A stretch of 38,939 nucleotides of DNA, from assembly GCA_964561655.1 (NCBI GenBank), contig CAZLQG010000004.1, positions 1 through 38,939 of the forward strand, read 5' to 3'. Below the pieces are notes generated by a model, which made no database searches, was not told the DNA's origin, and saw nothing but the letters and a program-made list of their open reading frames with translations. Below, one piece after another: positions 31,685 through 38,939 of this stretch. The stretch's first letter is position 1, and each line of letters begins with the position of its first letter. Position numbers and translations under genes: made by a program. Source of the DNA: an uncultured Candidatus Saccharibacteria bacterium. GTDB lineage: Bacteria; Patescibacteriota; Doudnabacteria; UBA920.

Positions 31685-33394
31685 ATGTCAAAAAAACAAA
31701 AATATCTTTTTGCCGCGATTATTATTTTAGCCATATTTTTTAGGTTTTATCAGCTTTCTGAAATGCCGGGAGGGCTATTTCCTGACGAAGCCGCTAACGG
31801 GCTTGACGTGGATTTAATTGAGCAGGGCCAAAGGCAGGTTTTCTATGAAAGAGGCAACGGCCGGGAAGCTTTGTTTTTTTATATGCTTTGGGGCAGTGTG
31901 AAGGCTTTTGGGAAAGGCCCTTGGCAGCACCACGCGGTTTCCGCGCTTGTTGGAGTATTATCCGTGGTTTTGTGTTTTGCGGTTTCTAAAAGGCTGTTTT
32001 CAATCCCCCCTTCCTCTCCCTCTCTGCAAGGAAGGGATAATAAGAGGTGGTCTGATCGCGCAACCAACATCGCGCTTTTGTCATCATTTTTAATGGCGGT
32101 TTCTACTTGGCATATCGTGCTTTCCCGAACAGCTTTTCGCGCCATACTAATTCCCTTATTTGTTGCTTCAACTTTTTATCTACTCCTAGTTGCGTACCAG
32201 TCTAAAAGTTTAAAAAAGCAGCTTTTCTTTTCTTTTTTAACCGGCGCGGTTTTTGCCGCAGGTTTTTACACTTACATTGCTTACCGGATGCTAGTTCCCA
32301 TTTTGGCAGTCTTAATTGTCTGGCCGCTTTTGGCGAGTTTAAAAAACAAAATTTTTATTTTGACGATAAAGAAATATTGGAAAGCCGCAGTTTTATTTTT
32401 AATAGGTTTTATAATTTTTATTTACCCTCTGGGTAAATATTTTATAGACCATCCGGGCTCTTTTGTGGGCAGAAGCGGCCAGGTAAGCGTTTTTAATCCG
32501 GAGCTGAATCAGGGAAATCTTCCTGGAACTGTAACGGAAGTTGCTAGGCAGACTTTGCTTGCGTATTTTGCAAATGGCGATTTGAACTGGAGGCATAATA
32601 TTTCCGGCCTGGCTTTTTTGCCTCCTTTTGTAGCTCCGTTTTTTGGGGCGGCTTTGATTATAATCACAATTCTTGCGGCCTGGTATATTTTTGCCCCATC
32701 AAAAAAATCCAAATATTGGAGATACGCGGTTTTAGCCGGTTGGTTTTGGGGCATGCTAATCCCCGTAATAACCACGGCCGAAGGCATCCCTCACGGCCTG
32801 CGCGCCATTGGCACAATCCCGCCGGTATTTATAATTGCGGCTTTAGGATTGTATAAATTTTCTGAGCTTATATTGCGACTCCATAAAGAACTTTGGCGCA
32901 AATACCAAATACAGCACATTGGCAAGTGGCTTGTGGATTTTAGTTTGAAAGTATTAGTTGTGTGTTTTGTTATTGCTTCTATTTTATATTCGTATTTTTG
33001 GTATTTTGCTTATGCTTATAATAGTCCAGATAATTTTTATTCTTTTAGGAGCGACCTTACTGTTGTCAGCAAATATTTAATAAACAGATGCCAGAAAGAT
33101 AACACTTATTTGGTTTTGGACAAATTTTCCTTGCAAACTCCTGATTATCTGACAAACATTGATCCGCGTGAGTCCCCTAACCCTTGCAACAAGTCATATA
33201 TTCAGGTTGATCCAGAAAATTCCTGGGAACTTGAGAGGTTAACACCTGCCGATGAAGTAGTATTTGCCCAGTCCAGCCTGTTTGATACGGTTAAGTTCAA
33301 AAAATACCACCCCGAAGCTTATTTATCGCAAGAAATCAGAAACAAGTTCCAGCAAACGGTGATGGCGGTGTATAAAATAACTGATAACAACTAA
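31685..33394 (+). CDS. GT-C fold glycosyltransferase, family 39 / ArnT-PMT-like
   Basis: 569 aa polytopic protein. It has the first-loop DEA motif (GGLFPDEAANG) characteristic of ArnT/PMT-type enzymes. Confidence 0.75.
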   Translation: MSKKQKYLFAAIIILAIFFRFYQLSEMPGGLFPDEAANGLDVDLIEQGQRQVFYERGNGREALFFYMLWGSVKAFGKGPWQHHAVSALVGVLSVVLCFAVSKRLFSIPPSSPSLQGRDNKRWSDRATNIALLSSFLMAVSTWHIVLSRTAFRAILIPLFVASTFYLLLVAYQSKSLKKQLFFSFLTGAVFAAGFYTYIAYRMLVPILAVLIVWPLLASLKNKIFILTIKKYWKAAVLFLIGFIIFIYPLGKYFIDHPGSFVGRSGQVSVFNPELNQGNLPGTVTEVARQTLLAYFANGDLNWRHNISGLAFLPPFVAPFFGAALIIITILAAWYIFAPSKKSKYWRYAVLAGWFWGMLIPVITTAEGIPHGLRAIGTIPPVFIIAALGLYKFSELILRLHKELWRKYQIQHIGKWLVDFSLKVLVVCFVIASILYSYFWYFAYAYNSPDNFYSFRSDLTVVSKYLINRCQKDNTYLVLDKFSLQTPDYLTNIDPRESPNPCNKSYIQVDPENSWELERLTPADEVVFAQSSLFDTVKFKKYHPEAYLSQEIRNKFQQTVMAVYKITDNN

Positions 33395-33425
33395 TTTATA
33401 ATTGATAATTTCAAGATGTAAAAAA

Positions 33426-35033
33426 ATGAAAACAAAAATGTCCGCCGGAGGCGAAAAATATTTTTGGCTGATTATCATTCTGATAATCGGCACAGCGCTG
33501 AGGTTTTATCATAACACCGACATTTCACTTTGGCACGATGAGGCGTTTTCGGCTTTACTCATTAAATATCCCTGGGGTGAGATGATGTCTCGCATTGGCC
33601 TGGATGTACATCCGCCGATGTATTATATATTCTTGCGTCTTTGGTATTATATTTTTGGCGATTCCTTGCTTTCTTTGCGATCGTTTACGGTGTTTTTCAG
33701 TGTTGGCACGATTTGGGCTTCTTGGGCGCTTGTAAAAGAGGCGTTTAAAAACGAGAGGGCAGCCCTTTGGACGGCGGTTTTGATTGCTTTAAACCCTTTT
33801 CAACTGCAATATGCCACAGAGGCAAGAATGTACACCATGGGGGCATTTTTTGCGGTTTTAGGGGCATATTTTTTGGTTAAAGCCTTGCGGCACCAGCGCG
33901 CTTTGCACCAAGACGAGAATCTTCACATGCCAGACTTGCCGGCTGACATCAATCATAAAAAGAAGATGTTGTGGCACTTTTTTGGTTTTGCATTTTCAAT
34001 GTCCGTGATGATTTATACGCATTACTATATGTTTTTTACTGCCGCGGCTTTGGGATTTTACGGACTTCTTTATCTTTTCTTTCACCATAAGTGGGACTTT
34101 AGAAAATATATTCCGCTCTTTATTTCCTTCATTGCAATAGGTCTTTCCTATCTTTTGTGGATAAAAACTTTCTTGTTCCAATACGGGCAGGTAAGCGAAA
34201 GCTACTGGATTCCCAAAATGGACATCTGGAGCATTCCTACCACTTTGTGGCAGATGTTTTTGGGAATCGGCATAGACATTACAAACAGCACTACCCAAAT
34301 TCAAGTGGCGGTTGCAAGCTTGTTTTTACTTTTTGTGATTTACAGATTCTTGAGAAGAAGCCAAAGCTTTGAAAAATGGCTGGTCTTTTTGGGGATAATT
34401 GCGCCTTTTGGCGGTTCAATTTTGTTCTTGCTTTTAGCAAGATTAAAAGACAGCGAAACTTCCGTATTTTTAGTGAGATACTTTTTGTTCACAACGGCTT
34501 TTCTTTCCATAACCATTGCTGTTTGGCTTTCGCAAATAAAAATAAAATGGCTGGCGGTTTCGCTGTTTGCTCTTTACGCGGCAGCTAATTTAGGAACTTT
34601 TTATAATTACTGGTCGGAACTGGACATAAAAAACAAGACTGGGATGGCCGGAGCCTCAAGATATCTTACAGCTAATGTTGAACCGCAGCACAAACTTTAC
34701 ATTGGCAGCAGTTTTATGTTTTTTAATCTGAAATATTACGTAAATCAATTAGGCATAGCAAGTAAGTCCCTTCTTTATAGTGGCGGTATTACCGAAGTCC
34801 ACCAACTTCCCCACTACGCGGGGACAGCGATTTTGACCAATGAAGATTTATTGCCGGATTTTAATCAATCAGCAAAAAGCGGCGACACTGTTTGGCTGGT
34901 TTGGACTAATGGTTTTGGCGGGAGCAAGCCGGAAACGCCGGTAAATTGGGACAAAATTCGTGAAGAATTTTACGCAGAAGTAAGGCCGTACGTTGGTACT
35001 TATGTTTACGTGACGGAATATAGGGTAAACTAG
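33426..35033 (+). CDS. second GT-C fold glycosyltransferase, family 39-like
   Basis: About 535 aa from the internal ATG (MKTKMSAGGEKYFWLIIIL). It has a DEA motif (SLWHDEAFSAL), many TM helices and a soluble C-terminal domain. Confidence 0.72.
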   Translation: MKTKMSAGGEKYFWLIIILIIGTALRFYHNTDISLWHDEAFSALLIKYPWGEMMSRIGLDVHPPMYYIFLRLWYYIFGDSLLSLRSFTVFFSVGTIWASWALVKEAFKNERAALWTAVLIALNPFQLQYATEARMYTMGAFFAVLGAYFLVKALRHQRALHQDENLHMPDLPADINHKKKMLWHFFGFAFSMSVMIYTHYYMFFTAAALGFYGLLYLFFHHKWDFRKYIPLFISFIAIGLSYLLWIKTFLFQYGQVSESYWIPKMDIWSIPTTLWQMFLGIGIDITNSTTQIQVAVASLFLLFVIYRFLRRSQSFEKWLVFLGIIAPFGGSILFLLLARLKDSETSVFLVRYFLFTTAFLSITIAVWLSQIKIKWLAVSLFALYAAANLGTFYNYWSELDIKNKTGMAGASRYLTANVEPQHKLYIGSSFMFFNLKYYVNQLGIASKSLLYSGGITEVHQLPHYAGTAILTNEDLLPDFNQSAKSGDTVWLVWTNGFGGSKPETPVNWDKIREEFYAEVRPYVGTYVYVTEYRVN

Positions 35034-35083
35034 AAAAGCTTAAAAATAAAGCCAGCCTTGACTAGGTTTTAGCTGGAAGATGG

Positions 35084-35764
35084 TTAAGTGATTACAGTAC
35101 CTCTGAATTTACGGCCTTTTAAGATATTTTCCAGGTTTTTTAAATTTTTTCCGTTTGCAATAATGATCTTTAGCTTGTTTTTCCGGGCGAACATGGCAGC
35201 GGTTGGGTCAAACGGTACGTTTTTGCCCGGAACCCACCGGGAGCCGGTAATTTTAAGCAACTCATTCCAGGAAAGCTTTTCTTGTCTTTTTGCGTTCTTA
35301 AATTTGCGCGGGTCTTTGTCGTAAACGTAAGAGACGTTGCTTAAATTAATAACGGTTGACGCTCGGTAGGTTTGCGCGAATTTAATCATAGCGCCGTCAC
35401 TGCTTCTGCCCGGTTTCCAGCCACCGCCGACCAATACCGGCTCTTTAAAAATAATCTTTTTTTGCGGATCTTTGGCAATTTCTCTGTAAGCCAGTTTTTT
35501 AAACATCAGCTGTACTAATTTAGCGTTCAGCCAGGTGAAGTTTATTCCCATCCAATCCAAAGCTCCTTCATCAATTTTTGATATTTTAGCAAGCGCGTCC
35601 TGGTATTTCCTGCAAATTTTACCGCCGCCTGCTATTAAAATAAATTTATTGCCGCGCTTGGCTTGTTTTTGGATAAGCGCTTTAAAATTTTTGAGAAACT
35701 TTATGTCAATTTTTTCCGGGACAATTAGTGAACCTCCTAGCGATATAACAAAAATTTTTTTCAT
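35084..35764 (-). CDS. pyrH: UMP kinase, archaeal-type (amino acid kinase fold)
   Basis: 226 aa. It reads MKKIFVISLGGSLI...FILIAGGGKICRKY...LVGGGWKPGRSSD. Both the length and the motifs match the short archaeal-like PyrH class. Confidence 0.7.
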   Translation of the reverse strand: MKKIFVISLGGSLIVPEKIDIKFLKNFKALIQKQAKRGNKFILIAGGGKICRKYQDALAKISKIDEGALDWMGINFTWLNAKLVQLMFKKLAYREIAKDPQKKIIFKEPVLVGGGWKPGRSSDGAMIKFAQTYRASTVINLSNVSYVYDKDPRKFKNAKRQEKLSWNELLKITGSRWVPGKNVPFDPTAAMFARKNKLKIIIANGKNLKNLENILKGRKFRGTVIT

Positions 35765-35773
35765 AAAAAAAGT

Positions 35774-36751
35774 TTAATTTTCTAGTAAAGTTTCTTCGGT
35801 TGTGCTTGCCTCTTCGGGCATGGGTTTTTGGGCGCAGGGAGCATTTATAAAGCAAAGGAAACTCCTGTTTTGAAAGCGCATGTCAATGTATTTTAGCCGG
35901 AATTTGTCCTGCTGTCCTACCTGTGACATAAGGAGGTTAAAGTTTTTTATAGTTTCTCCCAAGTCCGAATAAAAGTCAAAATAAATTTTAGGGCCGTTTT
36001 TTTTGGTAATTAAGACTATGTCCGGACTGGAAAAATCGGGCAGTTCAAAATTTTCCAGCTCATAACCGGACGCCGAAGGTAGCTTATTTGCCAGTGTTTG
36101 TAAAACTTTAATTTTATCAGCGTCTAAATACATTTCCCTTTCAGACAGGCTTGATGTTGCCGATAAAGCTATTTTTATTAAATTGGAGGCAAGGCTAGTG
36201 GAGGCATTTTCCGTCTTGCTGATTAATCCGTCATTTGTAAGCACTAGAAATTTTGGACCGGGCTCTTCCACTAAAAACTGCTCAAACCGCGAAGCCAGCT
36301 CTAATTTTAAGGTACCGGGAAAATCTTTTTCTATGGAGATAACGCTCAGGACATTTTGGTTGTTTGCCGTAATGTAAGCGGACGCTCTTTTTTTTGAAAA
36401 AAATAATAAGCTTTTTTGGGCGAAAATTTGGTTTTTGTCTATGTAGCTTAACGCGGTGTCTTTGGCTGACTGCGCTTGTTCTTCCGGCAAGCCTGTAATA
36501 AGTACACTTTTTATGCTAAATGGATTGCTGAAATATCCCAAATAAATAATTAGCAGCAAAACCAGCACTGCAGAAATCTGGACTCTTTGGGAGTCCAGAT
36601 TAAGCGAATAGATTATTTTTTGCCAAAAGTTTTGAGGAAGCAACCTGCCTTCCCTTTTGTATTCCCGCGCGCTTTTAAGCCTGCCTCTGAATTTGGAATT
36701 TTGAAACCGGTAGCCGGACGGGCCTGTTTTTTTGTTTTTACTAAAAAACAT
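35774..36751 (-). CDS. FtsQ/DivIB-like cell division protein
   Basis: 325 aa. Basic N-terminus, one TM helix, then a POTRA-like segment (IKSVLITGL...IEKDFPGTLKLELASRFEQFLV). Confidence 0.55.
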   Translation of the reverse strand: MFFSKNKKTGPSGYRFQNSKFRGRLKSAREYKREGRLLPQNFWQKIIYSLNLDSQRVQISAVLVLLLIIYLGYFSNPFSIKSVLITGLPEEQAQSAKDTALSYIDKNQIFAQKSLLFFSKKRASAYITANNQNVLSVISIEKDFPGTLKLELASRFEQFLVEEPGPKFLVLTNDGLISKTENASTSLASNLIKIALSATSSLSEREMYLDADKIKVLQTLANKLPSASGYELENFELPDFSSPDIVLITKKNGPKIYFDFYSDLGETIKNFNLLMSQVGQQDKFRLKYIDMRFQNRSFLCFINAPCAQKPMPEEASTTEETLLEN

Positions 36752-36760
36752 TTTTGCAGA

Positions 36761-38143
36761 TTACTTTGCTTTTTCCGGCGGTTTTATGAGGTCAATTCCC
36801 ACGTAAGGCTTTAGCACTTCCGGCACAACCACGCTGCCGTCTTCCTGTTGGTAGTTTTCCAAAATGGCAATTAAAATTCTTGGGCTGGCGATAACTGTGT
36901 TATTTAGAGTGTAAACGTGTCTGGTTTTGCCGTTTTTGCCCTTGTATTTTATATTTAACCTTCTTGCCTGCCAGTCGCCCAAATGTGAATCGCTGTGGGT
37001 TTCGCCGTAATTTTTTCTTGCTGGCATCCAGGTTTCTATGTCGTACATTTTGTATTTTCCAGCACCCATATCGCCAGTGCAAATATTAATCACCCTGTGG
37101 GGAAGTTTTAGCTCAATCAGCATTTCTTGGGCAATCTCCCTCATATCTTCTAGCCACTTTTCGCTTTTTATGATATCTGCTTTGCAGATTACCACCTGCT
37201 CTACTTTCATAAATTCACGAATCCGGTAAATGCCTTTAGCGTCTTTTCCATAACTGCCTACTTCGCTTCTATAGCAAGGGCCGACACCGCAGACTTTGAT
37301 TGGCAGATCTTTCTCGTCTAATGTCTGACCAGTGTAGTAGGCTAAAAGTGAAGGCTCAGAAGTACCGGCTAAAAATAGACTGCTGGCATCTTTTGCTTCT
37401 TCCGGCACAACTTGATTAAATTTTACCTTATACGACCCCCTTTCAATTTTATATATCTCTTCGCGCCCGAACGGAAAATGACCGCTGCCGAATAGCGCGA
37501 ATTCCCTAATTAAAACCGGCGGCACCATTAGGGTAAAGCCTTTCTCCCGCATTTTTTTAAGTGCGTGCCATATAAGTCCGTACTGCATTAACACCGCTTC
37601 GTTTTTTAAGTAATAGCCTCTAAATCCGGAAGTTTTAACTCCGGCTTCGGTGTCAATTAAATCCAGTTCTTTCCCTAAGGTGATATGGTCTTTTATTTTA
37701 AAGTTGAATTGAGTGGGGACTTGCTTTACTTTTTCTTTGTCTTTTGGATCTACGTGGCCTAAAGTCGGTGACCAGTAGCTCCAAGGAACGTTGGCGGATT
37801 CGTCTTTGCCCACAGGCGTTTCTGGGCTTGGAATATTTGGAACAATAGACATTAGCCTTTCATAATCGCCGATAATTCTGTCCAGTTTGGCTTTCATTTC
37901 CGTTTCTTTGGCATCTACTTCTTTCATTTCTAAAAGCCTAACCTTTTTTTCCTCACTGGATAGTTTGGGCAATTCTTTGGAAAATTGGTTTTTAGTAGCT
38001 TTTAGACTTTCTAACTCGGTCAGAAAATCTCTTCTTTTGGCATCCAAGTCCAAAAGTTCGTCAAGGTCCAAATTGATATTTTTGTCTTTTATCGCCTTTT
38101 TTACTTTGTCCTGGTTTTCGCGGATAAATTTAATGTCGAGCAT
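36761..38143 (-). CDS. serS: seryl-tRNA synthetase
   Basis: 460 aa. N-terminal coiled-coil arm (MLDIKFIRENQDKVKKAIKDK) and class II motifs (FRGYYL, GTSEPSL, RIREFMKVE, LNNTVIASPR). Confidence 0.93.
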   Translation of the reverse strand: MLDIKFIRENQDKVKKAIKDKNINLDLDELLDLDAKRRDFLTELESLKATKNQFSKELPKLSSEEKKVRLLEMKEVDAKETEMKAKLDRIIGDYERLMSIVPNIPSPETPVGKDESANVPWSYWSPTLGHVDPKDKEKVKQVPTQFNFKIKDHITLGKELDLIDTEAGVKTSGFRGYYLKNEAVLMQYGLIWHALKKMREKGFTLMVPPVLIREFALFGSGHFPFGREEIYKIERGSYKVKFNQVVPEEAKDASSLFLAGTSEPSLLAYYTGQTLDEKDLPIKVCGVGPCYRSEVGSYGKDAKGIYRIREFMKVEQVVICKADIIKSEKWLEDMREIAQEMLIELKLPHRVINICTGDMGAGKYKMYDIETWMPARKNYGETHSDSHLGDWQARRLNIKYKGKNGKTRHVYTLNNTVIASPRILIAILENYQQEDGSVVVPEVLKPYVGIDLIKPPEKAK

Positions 38144-38588
38144 AGAAAAGAATTAAGAAGTAAGAATTTAAAAGTAGAGCTGTTTCTTTAGTATAAGGTA
38201 ATAATTGGTATTTATCTAAGTCCGATAGTTTAATAAATTTTAATTCAGAAATTTTATTATCAAAATTTTTCTTATGGAGTTGTCCGCCAATAACTTCGCA
38301 TTCGTATGATATTAGTAAAACTTGCCAAACATCTTTTTCTACTGTTTCCTAGGTGTTGCAGTAAATTTTTGGCAATAGTCTAATCACTTTCACGTCGAGT
38401 CCTGATTCTTCTTTAGTTTTCCTGATAACAGCCGTTTGGGGATTTTCTCCAAATTTTATATGTCCTCCCACAAATTCCCATTTGCCACTAGCTTTTGATA
38501 TTTCATCATCTTTCCGTTTGGCAAGCAATATCTCCTTTTTGTCATTCTTTACTACCGCCACAACTATTGCTTTTTGGATTTTTTTCAT
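38130..38588 (-). pseudogene. NUDIX hydrolase interrupted by one in-frame TAG
   Basis: The first 79 codons carry the Nudix box GGHIKFGENPQTAVIRKTKEESG. TAG lies at 38351-38349. The same frame then continues for 72 more codons (ETVEKDVWQVLLISYECEVIGGQLH...) to the TAA at 38132-38130, overlapping the serS start. Confidence 0.65.
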
Positions 38589-38639
38589 AATTCAAATTAG
38601 GATTATTCGCGTAATCTGTGCTATTTGCGCATCTGTGAA

Positions 38640-38939
38640 TTATTTTTCCTTCATCGGCGGGAAGATGACGGTTTCTCTGACTGGTTTATCTATTAACACG
38701 CTAAAGAGCCTTTCAGAAAGGCCAAAACCCGCGCACGGCGGCATACCATATTCCATGGCGGTTAAATAGTCTTCGTCCAGCATTTGAGCCTCTTTGTCCC
38801 CTGCCGCTCGCAGTTTCATTTGTTCTTCAAACCTCGCCCGTTGATCAATTGGATCATTTAGTTCTCCAAAGCCTTTGCCTAATTCCGACCCGCACGCCAT
38901 AATCTGTACCCGTTGCACTGCGTTTGGGTTTTTAGCGTC
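38640..38939 (-). CDS. lysS: lysyl-tRNA synthetase, C-terminal part (runs off the window)
   Basis: Class II motif 3 region: GSELGKGFGELNDPIDQRARFEEQ...GMPPCAGFGLSERL. The frame stays open to the window edge. Confidence 0.88.
   Translation of the reverse strand, partial: DAKNPNAVQRVQIMACGSELGKGFGELNDPIDQRARFEEQMKLRAAGDKEAQMLDEDYLTAMEYGMPPCAGFGLSERLFSVLIDKPVRETVIFPPMKEK

Noticed and set aside
17255-38351. Stop-codon reassignment (TAA or TAG as sense) suggested by the in-frame stops in the GIY-YIG and NUDIX genes
   Set aside because: TAA and TAG, and TGA for prfA, all terminate well-conserved genes at their expected ends in this window. All large housekeeping ORFs are intact under the standard code.

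Overview
The window is a gene-dense, AT-rich bacterial chromosome segment. It is dominated by translation, replication and envelope housekeeping genes. Several traits suggest a reduced, CPR/Patescibacteria-like genome, which is inference only: compact genes, an archaeal-type UMP kinase, small GIY-YIG nuclease genes, GT-C/GT39 glycosyltransferases, and tRNA genes with encoded CCA.

Supported genes:
- tRNA and ribosomal proteins: tRNA-Trp, rpmG (below the ORF-track cutoff), tRNA-Thr(UGU), tRNA-Tyr, tRNA-Thr(GGU), rpsB-tsf, rpmE, L25/Ctc, rplU.
- Translation factors and synthetases: prfA-prmC, thrS, cysS, serS, and a partial lysS at the window edge.
- Replication and repair: dnaE, dnaB, recR.
- Metabolism and transport: ahcY, an aldo/keto reductase, a VIT1-family transporter, map, two tandem adenylate-kinase-family genes, a Kef-type antiporter, pyrH.
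- Envelope and division: a SEDS protein, an FtsQ-like protein, and a five-gene glycosylation block (28.4-35.0 kb).
- Other: an RRM RNA-binding protein.

I see no rRNA, CRISPR array, transposase, integrase or recognisable defence island.

The unusual content is small-scale:
1. A GIY-YIG gene sits on the 5' end of tRNA-Tyr with a 17-bp duplication of the tRNA start.
2. tRNA-Thr(GGU) is bracketed by a perfect 16-bp inverted repeat. It lies exactly inside the anticodon loop of a second, 5'-truncated tRNA-Thr-like sequence that also carries an extra hairpin in its variable loop.
3. A perfect 30-bp in-frame palindrome lies inside prfA, and related GC-rich palindromes occur elsewhere.
4. Two decayed extra copies of the prmC 5' end lie between prfA and the working prmC.
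5. A promoter-to-terminator structured leader lies upstream of thrS, separated from it by a second GIY-YIG element that has terminal inverted repeats and an in-frame TAA.
6. A NUDIX gene is interrupted by a single in-frame TAG.

All functional assignments rest on reading motifs by eye. No database search was run.
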